DNA from: Saprolegnia diclina VS20
Taxonomy: Eukaryota
DNA length: 64,000 bases
Direction: 5' to 3'
Assembly: GCF_000281045.1 (NCBI RefSeq)
Contig: NW_008246071.1
Location: 695,315-759,314 of the forward strand
Below are positions 26,601 through 38,600 of this stretch, one piece after another. The notes below the pieces were generated by a model. That model did not search any database. It was given only the letters and a program-made list of their open reading frames with translations, and was not told the origin of the DNA. A program made the translations under genes and the position numbers. Every line of letters begins with the position of its first letter. Position 1 is the stretch's first letter.

Positions 26601-29600
26601 TGGAACGTCAGTGTGAACGTGCCCTGGAGCGACCCGAGTCCATTCCCGCTCTGAATCATCGTCTCGACGATTTGGACTTCGCGCATCGGGTTGCGCTGCG
26701 TTATCAAATTGCCATACACATCGCGCGGCTGAATGAAAAACGTTGACGGTGTGCTATACGCCCCCGTCACGAGACCGTTCAAGCCCGCAGTGTTGAGCGT
26801 GCCCGGCCAAAACGGCACGGCGCTGCTGGTGGCAGTTGTTTGAGCGGCGACCAAGGCACCCGGCACAATCTGCGGCGCGAAGGGACTCGTGCCTTGAACG
26901 GGGCTGTTGCCATTGGGCGATGCCAATGTCGCTGCGTAGACACCGACGGACGCTGGGGTGCCTCCTGTGAACGGCGTCGTGACGGTTGCAGCGAGCGCCG
27001 CCATGTCGCCCAGCATGCGCGTCGAGACGAGGTACTGCTGGGTGGCATAGCGTGCGGACGACCAGTACGTTGTCTGCGCCGAGCCGGGAAGGCTGGCCAT
27101 AAATGTAACAAGCCATTCGGTGCCCTGCGGGTTGGCGACCGACGACGTCACGACGACTTGAACAGTAGCATCCACAAGGAGACCATTCAAGGCTGTCTGC
27201 ACCGCGCTGGCGGGGGCGTTGTATGCAAGTGGCGGCGTTGTGAGTCCGTTCCACGTCAGTGTAAAGGCGCCACCGGTGACAACACCGGTACCGCCGTCGA
27301 CACGGACAACTTGGACCTCGTTGACCATCGGCTGCCCCATATTGGTGGACGTCTTGATGTGCGCCATAGTACCTTGCTGCAGCGTCGCCATCGTGGCCGT
27401 GCCCACCAGCAAGTCGGATGTCACCAGCAGCTGCACTTGGTCGCCAACAAACTCTGTAAAGGTGATTGTGTGCAGGAAACCATTGTTGCTTGCCGTCGTC
27501 GTCACATTGACGTTGGCGCCGAGAACCGCGTTGAGAGCCACTTGCACCTGGGCGCCTGTGGCGTCCCACGCCAACGACACCGTTGTCGCCGTCGCGGAAG
27601 ACAATGTGTACGAGCCGCCGCGGTTGATCGCAGTCGGGAAGCTGACGGCGAGCGTTTGTACTTCAGGGAGCACCGACATGGCCACGGCGAGTGTCGACGT
27701 GCCAGACATCAGCGGTGTGTATGTCACGTTGTACAGGCCGCTGCCGGCGTAGACCACCGTGCCCGAGACGTGGGCCGAGTCGGCGTACCTCACACCCGCA
27801 GGGAAGACGTCGACTTGAAAGTACTCGAGCCGATCCAAGTCTTCCTTGTTGTTGCCATGCGTGTCTTTGGCTTGGATGGAGAAGAAGCTAGGTACGCCTG
27901 CCGTGCCTTGGATGAGGCCCGGGCCCAACGCTGTCGTGACGGCGGGGTTGGTCGGCCCCGGTTGCACGCTGAGTGTTGTCGGAAAACCCCGCACGCGTTG
28001 CATTGGCGCACCGGCGCGCAGTCGGGCGATAGCCACCGAGGCGGCATTGCCCGTTAGCGTCGAGGCAAACGCCGGCGTAAGCAGCTGCAGCTGGCCTTCA
28101 GTGGGCGACCGCGTAAACGTAATCGTCCACGTACACCCAAGTGCCGCATTCCCGCTGGTGCAGACGGCGGGCGACACAGTGACACTACCGACGGGGATAT
28201 TGCTACACGATTGTAGCGCTGTTGTCAATGTCGCTGCGTCGGCGTTGTACGGGATCGGTGTCGTCGTCGCATTTGTCAGAACGCCACTGGCCAAACCGGA
28301 AAACATGAGCGTAAACGTCCCACCCAAAGTACTTGTCGACGCCGTCGTCACGGTTTGCACTTCGCTGACCGGCGGCACAAAGGCATCCAGTGTGTAGTTG
28401 CCCTTGACGAGCGGTACAAAATTCACACGGTACGTGCCGGTACTCGCCCCCGCCTTGTAGACGGGCACCAACTCTCCGTCCAAACCGTTGTACGCTTTGG
28501 CCAGCGGCACCGTCGTTGCACCAAATGTGCCAAAGATCGTATCCACTGTGTGGATCTCGCGCCCAACGACAATCGTGTCCCCGCGCTGCAACGGCATGTC
28601 ACTGGGCACATTTCGAAAGTCGGCCGATGTCGCTGTCAAGACCATCGCGCCGTGCTGCACCGAGGCTGTCCCGAGATACCGCCACGTTTGGGGCACGAGT
28701 GACGATAGGCCAAATGCGCCCGTCGCAAACGCACTGCAGCCGTGGTTGGGCACCACCGTGACGGTAGCAGACCCGAGGCTAAACGCAGATGTTGACTGCA
28801 CTGTAAAGAAACAGTCGGTTGCCAAAGTGGGTGTGGTTGTGCCAGGGTTGGCACCAATGACACGGAAGCGCATGCCTGGCAAGAGCTGGGCTAGCACGTC
28901 TTGGTTGACCGTGAGGACGTTAGCAGCCAGTGTGGTGACACAAGCCGGGCAAAGAAGCGACGGCGTCAGCTGTACTGGTACGTTGGCAGTGACTTCATTG
29001 ATACGCCCGACGCCAGCCCACCCTGAGATACCAACCAGCGTTACCTGCAGGTTGTCGTTGCCGGTGTTGAGGCGTGGGTTCCCAGCGCTGTCGAACGTGA
29101 CAATGTCGAACGTCACGGGGGCAAGCGCTTTGACGACCGAGTTGGCAACATACGTAGCAGAGCTCGAGCTTGTGTCGATGGCACCGGGATACACGACGAC
29201 ATTCAGCGGGCTTGCATCGATGTGACGTTGGTACGCCCATGCCGACGACGGGACCACGGCAAGCGGCTGCGTCGACGACGCCCATGCGACCATCAACTGC
29301 GATGTGGCCCCCGCGCTGTACATGATCTGCACACTCGAAAACGTGCCTTTGGTCAAAAGCACGGATGTTGTGAAGTTGCCACTCGCCGGCGAAGTGGCCT
29401 TGAGCACGACAGAGCCATTCAGCGACAACGTCACGTTGCCTTGCACAAGGACATTGATCGTGTACGTGTCGGTCGTCGGTGGTGTAAGCTCGCCAACCCA
29501 GACAACACTAAAGTTCTTGCCCGGAAAACTCGGATTGCCCATTCCGGTTGGCTGTGTCTCGCCCCAAATGAAGGCGATCGTCGCGTCGAGCCGTGTCATG

Positions 29601-32600
29601 TCGCACGGCGACAGGTTTGAGTTGGAGAGCCGCGTCATCGGGCACGGGTTGAGCTGTGCCTGCAAGAAGCGGCTGTCTCGAAAGTACGTGGCGCGAAGCC
29701 CTCCAAGTTGTCGGTACTGAATGCTCAGCACATAGTCGCCTGCGACTTGGGGCACGTACGACAACTGGTACGTGCCGTCGGTGTTGGGCGTCGGCTCGAC
29801 GACGGCAACAGAGATGGCTGCCGACGCGCTAACAAGCGATGCCACGTAGCTCTGTGTCGACAGCGGCACGCTCCACTCGAGCGTGTTTAGGTACGCATCA
29901 CGGCTCTGCACGACGATGACCTCCCGTACTCCTTGCGTTGCCGCCGCGCGCGCATTGTGCGTACAGTACGGGCCATTGGCAGGGCCGGTGACCACATTGA
30001 TGTTGGCTGGGCTCAAGCTCGTACCACCGCCGATCGAAACACTCAGCGCGTAGGTGCCTTTGCGCGTCGGGAAGAATGTTGCTGTGTAGAGACCGTTGGC
30101 GACACCGACAAGCGACGCCAGTCCGCGCACAGTTTCGACGACGACCACCGAGGTGACGCCCGATCGAACGTTGACGACTTGCAGGACACTGGCCATCCCG
30201 ATCGCATTAAACGTGACGACGATCGGTGCCGGCGACGTTGCGACACATACGGTAGCTTGCGGCCCCGTCACAGTGACACCTCCAAGTGCCGCAATGTCGG
30301 GCATCGCGCTCAGAAGCGTCGCCAGACCGGCGGGCGTGGTCGACGTCGGCACTGTTATCGTGCTGGATCCGTAGACGAGATCAAAGGATGTGCTGGCACC
30401 CGTACACGTGAGTGTCTGCTGCGCATAGTTGCTTATCGCCACCGCCATTGACGTGCTTGCAACGCCCGTGCGTTGCCGTCGGATGGAAATCATATTGGTC
30501 GAGGTACCCCAGACGAGCAGTGCAGTAGGCTGCGGCACGAGAAAAGTGACGCGGATCTCGATTCCGTTGAACGGGTGACACACCGTCGCCGTTGGTGACA
30601 TGGGTGTCAACAACACGCCGCCCGTCACGAGGGCGCTGAGCTGTGTACCAAACGCCGCGAGGCTCGTGCTGGCGCCGACGGTGATCGTCGTGCCGCCAAA
30701 CGTCAGTGTGAATGAGCTCGTGCCGGTGCAGTGGAGACTTTGCACTTCTTGGATGCCGGGATCGACGTAGGTCTGCGTTGCCGAGATGGCAATCGCGCTG
30801 AGATCGGAGAGCCCCGTGCGGTTGTTACCCGACGTGCCAGCGACCACTTTGACGACGTCTACATACGGCTTCCACTGCCCCGCGTCCGACACGACCAGGT
30901 TGGAACTGTCGGCTTGAAGCGACGGAACTCGGCCGACGTTGGCCGTAAACGTCACACTCCAAACGTACAAGATCTGCGGGATCGTGTTGCCGCCTTCGAG
31001 CGACACGTCGAGTGTATCCATGGAAACGATTGCGCCGTCAATGCTTTGAAACGTATTCAAAGCGCTTTGCACTACGCTCGCACCGGCGTTGAACGCAAGC
31101 GGCGGCGTCACTTCGCCCGCCATCGAGAGCGTGAACGTCCCCCACACGGGTGAGATGCCGCTGACACCACCGCCGGTGTCCTTTTCACTGGTGAGGGTCA
31201 TCGTCGCGCCGCCCACGGGTGCGTACAAGAGCGCCGGTTGGTATCCAACGGCTTGGGTGAACTGGACGAAGACGCGGTTGGCCGTCGTTGCGCACACGGT
31301 CGTGACACTGCTACTTTCGCTCGTCACGGTCATCGCCGATCCCACGAGTGTCGACAAGGCCGTTTGAAACGCCGCCAAGGTGCTGCTAGCACTCACAGTG
31401 GTTGTCGCCGCGCCAAAGCCGACCGTAAAGGCCCCCGCCGTGGCAAGGTTGGCTGCCGTACACGTAAGCGTTTGGATCTCGGGGCGCATTGACGTTACGC
31501 CTTGCGTGAGTTGGCTCACAACGGCGCCTGCACCCGCCACCAAGTACGGCACCGGACCGGGAACGCTGGTAAACGTCACTTGGAAGGCTTGTCCGTTGGC
31601 CACGGAAGCTCCAGCCGCCGAGGTGATCGTGACACCACCGACACCGATCGTAGCCAAGGCCCCGAGACTCGATGCAAGAGCACTCCACGTGGTGCCTGCG
31701 GTTACCGACACGGTCGATGAGCCCCGAAACGAGAGCGTGAACGGCGTCGTCGTCACGGATACTTGCTGTACTGCAGGAACGTTGGCAACGACGACGGCTT
31801 GCAGTCGAATCGCTTGGACTTCTTGTCGACGAGCATCTTTGGCTTGGATTTGGAACGTAAACGGCGTACCCGCGACACTGGGCAGTGTCTCAATGGGGAC
31901 GATCGAGGTTGCCGACGCCGGAAGCGGACGGGCGTACCAATTCCCTCCAGCGGCGACGGACGTTGTGCCGTCAACGACGGCGTTGGACACGGTAAGTAAG
32001 AAGGGACTGCCCATGATTGGGACGCCGTTGGCGAGGATGGTCATCGAGTAAACACCCGCAACCGTCATCGTGTAGCTCACCGGGTAGACACCCGCACTTG
32101 CCAGCGTCGAGACAGCCAGCGGATTCTGGTACAAGCTGCTTGCTACCGCAGGGTACTGGACGGCAAGCTTGGCCGTGGACCACGATGCCAGTTCCGACAG
32201 AAACGTAATGCTCCAAACGTTGTTGCCGCTTCCGTTTGTCGTCAACGTCACCGACACCTTGTTGCCGGGGCTCAAAAGCTCCAGTGCCGTCTTCATACCA
32301 ATAGCGCTGATGGTCGACGGCAGTAACGCTGTGAGGCGTGGCGTCGCGAGTGCCACAAATATGCTGCTCGTAGCGCCCGAAAACGCTGCGCAACCGTGGT
32401 TACCAGCGACTGTGATACTACCGGCGGCAACCGCCGTGGGTGTCAAGACACAGCTTCCGACTGTAACGAGCGTGCCGACGCCCAGGAGACCGACGAGATT
32501 GGTCGTCACAGTGAGCGTCGTGCCTGCTAGCGTTGTAGCGCAGCCAGTGCAGAGACTCGTTGAGAACGACCCGTACGTGAGCTTGAACGACCCAGCTTGC

Positions 32601-35600
32601 GTGCTGCTGGCGGTGATGCGTTGCACAGCAGACGAGGTCACGATCGTCTCTGCGTCGGGCAACGTAGGGTCCGTCGGGGTCATGGTGACCAAGAAGGCGT
32701 CCGAGATACCGTCGCCAGTGCTACCCGAGTGCGCCGTTGTTGCACCGACGCGCAAGTTGCCAAATGCGTCCATGGCGTAGATGGAGAAGCCTGTCGGTAT
32801 CGCCGACGTGGCGATGCTCAGTCCATTGGTGCCCACGTCGCGGGCATACGAACTCGGGGGATGCAGTACGTTGTGGACGACGACGAGCGACGACGGAATA
32901 CCGATCGCGTTGCAACTGCCGCCAGGACACATGAGGATCGGGGACCCTTGAAAGGACGTCTGGAGCGTGTACGCCCCCGCGCGCGGAATACTCATTTGAA
33001 CGCTGTACTTGCCGCCGCTGAGGTACGAGAGCACGCTGCTCCGGTAGCGCACCGTTGTGTCTGCCACGAGAATTGCTTTCGTGTCAAAGGCGTCGCCGCC
33101 GATGGACTGGAGGTTGCCGTACGTGTCCTTGGCCTGGATGGTGAAGTTGGACGCTTGGCCCGCCACCATTTCACTCAAACTGTCCATGCGCGGTGGGCTA
33201 AACCCCGTCGCTGTCGATGTGTACGGCACGGTCTTTCCCGGCGCCACGAGAACAGTGAACGGACTGCACTTGTTGGCGTACCCGAGGCCGCAGTAGATGT
33301 CAGTACCGCCAATAGCAATCGAGAGCTGGTACGAGCCGCTAAGCAGCGTCTTGTACTGCACTTGGTACTGACCGCTGCCGAGGTACGTGGGCGGCGCCGT
33401 CGGCGCGAGAGTGCTGCTGGTCCCAAGCAACGCCACGTCAAAGACGTCGCCGCCCACAGTTTTGTTGTTGCCCATTTGGTCCTTTGCTTGGATGACAAAC
33501 GACGCGATCGTGCCCGCCGACGTTGCGCTCAGACCCGACCCAGTCGCTGTCGTGTACGGGTAGTCGGTCGCGCCCGGTAAAATGTTGACCGTATATGGGC
33601 TGCCGAGGATGTGACTGGGGTAGTACAGCACGCTCGGATCGATGACTTGCAGCGGAAGGTACGTACTGCTCCACTGCAGATTGATGTACGCGCTTCCTGT
33701 CGCCTTGTGGTACTCGAGTCGCACATCGCAAAAGACATTGGCTAACAGCGTGAATGGCACCGTCGCCGACGTCGGTGTCGACTCGAGCGCCCACGTGTCG
33801 AGCACGAGCGAATGGTTGAGCCAGAGACGAACGCCGTGGGACGCTTGGACGTTGAACAGGTACACATCCGTGGCTGGCGGAAGAAGCTTGCCCCACCAGC
33901 GAACACTGACATAGTCTTGGCCGTACGGTGTGATGGGTGTGTAACCCCACGCAAACTGCACGTTCGAATCGATTTTGACGGCGACGGGGTTGTCTTGGAG
34001 CCAATAGTTGTCATAGTACCATGACTGCAAACCTCCGCGAAGCAGCTGAAGGACCGCGAGGGAGTAGGTCGATGGCGTCGCTGGTGTGTACATGCCCGTG
34101 TAGCTCGGGCGTCCGGCCGTCTTCTTCTCGACGAGAAGTTTGGGATTGTTGCCAGTCAGTGCCTGCGTCGAGCCCGCTTGCATCTTGAGCACCGAGACCG
34201 AGGCAAAACTGCCCAGAAGCGGCGAAGAGTCGGCCACCAAAAGCGGGTTCTCACCGAGCTCCGTCCGGAACGTGACGTCCCACGAGTACTGACCGCCCGG
34301 TGTCAAGAGGTTGCTGCGCGTAACGTCGACGAGGCCCACGGACGGCAACGCCTGCAGAGCGGCCTGCAACGCTGCACCTGTAGCGTCAAACGCGATCAAC
34401 GACGTTGTTTGGCCGTTGAACGTGAGTGTAAAGTTGCCGTGGAGCGGGGTTGGCACGCCGCCGAGCGTTTGGACGCGCTGGATCTGGTACTGAATCGGGA
34501 GTGCTTGCAGGAGTGGGAGGCTCCCGAGGTTTTTCGTAAACGAGATCGTCCACCGAAACCCGGTGCCGACGTTGGCGACTTGGACATCGACCTCGTGAAT
34601 CGTCGCCATCGTCTCGAGCGCTGTTTTCATGGCGCTGGCCGACGCCGCGTACGGAATATTTGGTGTGGTCGCGCCGCCAAAGTTGACGACAAACGACCCA
34701 GTGAGAGGCGACGTGCCACGAACGACTTCGTTGACGTACACATTTGCACTCGTGCCGGTAAGCGCCATCGACGTCACTTGCAGCGCCTGCACGTTGCCGA
34801 CAAGACTCGTAAACGTGATGAACCACGTTTTCAATCCTGACGAGCCGTTGGCGTCCGCCGACGCCGACGTAACGGTGACGGTGCCGAGGTTGGTGAGCGA
34901 CTGAAGCGCAGTTGTCATGTCAGCCGCCGACGCCGCGACGGAAACGGCCACGCTCGGCGACCCCATGAACGCGACGTTAAAAGTACCGCCAATCGTTTTC
35001 ACGGCGCCCGTTGCGTCCAGCCACGTGGTAAGACTTTGTACTTCCGAGACAAATGCTACGTCGCCGGACGCTGTGATTGTTTGAACTTCAGCGCGCCCTT
35101 GGACGACTTCAGTAAACACCATGGTTGCGCCCTGGGCTCCTGTAAACGCCACGTCCGAGCTCGAGAGACGTAGCAACGGCAGTGGCCCGAGGTTTGCGAC
35201 AAAGGTGACGCTATACGTCCACGACGCTGCGCTGTTTGCGACACGAGAGACGACGACGGTGGCGACATTGGCCAGTCCTTCGACACACCCTTTGAGTGCA
35301 AATGCAGCGTTGACATCCGTGGCCGCGGCCAGCGTTGCAGCATTGAGCGTCACCGTCGATGTTGCGGCAACACCACCGAGCCGCGCCGACGACGTGTCCA
35401 ATGCGACACTGAAGAGCCCCGTCGTCGCCGTAATCGTGATACTTTGCACTTCGAGGATACTCGGGTTGTACGTGGCGACGCCACCGTCGTTGACCCACGC
35501 GTGCGTCCCATCGAGCACCGACGACGGACTGGACCAAAGCTCGGTGAAAAACGTGTCGGTGCCCGCAAACCCGTTGGCCGCGTCAATGTCAGTGACAACT

Positions 35601-38600
35601 TGTCCGGACGCCTTTCTTGGAAGGATCGCAAAGTGGTTGGCGACACCGCGAATGTACTCGGCTACGATCGCCTTGGGGTTGGAGCTCACAAGCGACGGAA
35701 CGTTGCCGAGGAGACTCCGAAATGTGATGAACCACACGACGTCGGCGGAGCCCACAAGGTTTTGCTTGGTCACGTGCACGGCGCCGACACCGACGGACGG
35801 TACCGTGAGCAGTTGGGTGAGAGCATACGCTGTTGTCGCGACATCGATATTGCCCGTTGGTGTTTGCGTGCCCAGCGTAAGTGTAAACGTGCCGGCCGCC
35901 AAGCTTGCAGTTGTGACAGTCTGCACCTCGTAAACCACACCAGCGATACCTTGCGAAAGCGCCGAACCCATGGCAGTCGTCGTGAGCGCACTCGCCCCGC
36001 CGCGTGCATCGATCGACGCTGTCGACAGACTTGCAATCGACTTGCCGGCGGCGTTGAGTGCCACCACCTGGAAGGCATACGACGTGTCCATCTGCAGATT
36101 CCGCGCCACAAAACTTGTGTTGCTCGGCGCTTGCGACCCGTCGTAAATGATCTGCCCCGGTGTACCGTCTTGGAGCGTCGTGACCAGGGCTGACGTCGCG
36201 CCACCGGTGAGGCGCCCGGTTGTGACAGTCATGGCTGGCAAATTCCCGAGCTCCGTCAAGAACGTGACGGTCCACGCGCTCGCGCCGTTCGCCCCCGTTG
36301 TCAGCACTACGTTGACGTGCGAGATGCTCGGTAGATTTTGCAGTTGCCGCGTCATTTCGGCGGCGCCAATGTTGTACGGTAGGTTCGGCGTTGCGTACCC
36401 GTTGAAGCGCACAGTAAAGTCGCCGCCAGCAACCGTCGTGCCAGGCGTCACCCGAGTTGCCGAGTATGTGTACGGCGTGTTGGCATTCGCGTTGACGAGC
36501 TGCTTTGGGTTGAGCGTCAGCAGCGTCACGGGGCCAGATGCACCGGTGTACGACACGGTCCACGTGATCCCCCCCGTCACCGTGGTCTGCGTGACAACGA
36601 CAGACCCAATACCGGTACCTTGGATCTCGGTCTGGAGCACGGTGTTCCCGACGTTGTAGGGCAAGAGCGCCGTGTACTTGCTGTTGATGTAGAGCTGAAA
36701 CGATCCCGTTGCCCCCGCGATAGTAAACGATTGGACTTCGATCGCCGGCGTCGGCACCGTAATCGCAATCTGCTGGATCTCGTTGACGACCGGTGTCGGC
36801 GACGACAAAAGCGCCGAATTGACACCGCTAAATTGCCACAAGAGGTACCCCGTGAGCGGCGACCCGTTGCACGACGTCGAGTTGGACGTGCACTGCGCCG
36901 GCGGTGACCACGAGAGACTAATGTACGACGACGCGACGTCGAGGATGACGGGCGCAGCAGGTGCCACCGGCGTGTTGGCCATGACGACGGTCAGCGCCGG
37001 ACTCATTGCCGACGCTCCGATGGCGTTCACCGCGCGCACCGCAAAGCGGTACGTGTTGCCTTCGGTTAGCGCCGGCACAAACATGCTGAAGCCGTACGGA
37101 AACGTGTTTTGCAGCGTCTGGAGCACAAAGTTGTTGGTGCCCGCGTCCATGTACACTTGGTAGTCGGTGATGGGCGACCCGCCGTTGTCGGTCGGCGGGC
37201 GCCAGTTGATGTAAATGATCCCGTCGTTGGCCGCCGCCGTGTTGACAGTCGTGCGCGAGTCCAGCGTCGGGGCGACCGGAGCGATCGGTACGACCGGGTT
37301 GCGCACGATGTACGAAGCCGGGGAGCTGAACGGGCCAAAACAAGCCACGGTGGCGTCCGTCGGCTGGCAATACGTAATCGCACGCACGATCAACGTGTAC
37401 TGGTGCCCCGACTCGATCAAGTTGTCGGTGGCCGTCGAGAGCGTATACTGCGTCGTGAGACTGTTTCGGCCGTCGTACACCCGTCGGTTGCTGCCCTGCC
37501 AATCCGAGAGCCAGAGTTCATAGCCCGTGACGGGGGATCCACCGTTCATCGTTGGTAGCGCCCACTGGACCGTCATCGTTGTGGCCGTCGACGAGACCAG
37601 TTGGATGGGCTCGGGTGCGCCCGGCTGCGTGCTTTGCGGTGTCATTTGTGGTGGTGTCGGGTACGCTCGATAGCCCTGGCTCACGCTGTTGTGAAACGAC
37701 ACTCTTGTATAGTACGGCGTGCCTGTCGTGAGCCCCGAAAGCAACATTTGGTACGGTGGGCCACCCGACAAGTTGGTGCTTACGCGCGAGCTTGCAGGGC
37801 CACGACCAGCCACAACTTCGGCGACAGTGACGGCGGCATTGTTCGTGACGCCTCCATAGAGCGTACCGGCAAACTGCGGCACGAGCGGCACGAGGTTGCC
37901 TGTGTTGCAGACAGACGTAACGAGATCGGGAAGGAGTCGGCACCCGTTGAACGAGACGAGCCACGTAAACCCCGTTGGAGTTTGCGTCCGTGTGACAGCA
38001 ACGCGGCCAATGGACGCGACGTTCTGAAGTGCTGTCTGCAGCTCGAGTGCCGTCACGTACGGGCTCATGTTGATCGTGCAAAGCCCAAGGTAGCAGAGAT
38101 TGAAGGTGCCGCGAACCGGCGACGATCCCACCGTGCTGGTTGCGATCACGGCTTGCGCTCCCGCCCCCGTGAGCGCCGTGGTGCTTGCAACAAAGAGCGG
38201 CATCGCACCGGCCCCGTACGGAAAGCTGCCCGGGTTGGACGTGAATGTGACGGACCACACGTAGCCATTCTGCAGTGTCGGGCCACTCCGGACAACGTTG
38301 ACCGTGCCAATGTTGGGCAGCGCCGTCACACTTGCTTGTAACGTCGTATCCGACGCGTCAAATGGGATCCAAGTCGTGACATGGCCCATAAAGCTGAGAG
38401 TGAACGTGCCACCCAGCTGATTTCCACCGACGGACGGCGGCACCGACCCGATCGTCGCTCCGTTGGTGTAGACGACGATACTGGCACCGTTGCCGGTAAG
38501 CATCTTGTCAGCCCATTGCAGCGCTGGAACACTTCCACTGCCTTGAAACGTCACGCGCCAAAGAAGCTCGCCACGCGCCGTGCTGCCCGCTGGCAAAGCT

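Noticed and set aside
16135..28590. RGD tripeptides in the giant protein (LQRGD at ~28585, LYRGD at ~16145) as integrin-binding motifs
   Set aside because: They occupy the conserved '.GD.V.I' turn of the barrel module, where other copies have AGD, IGQ or RGE; two in 10,000 aa is near chance.
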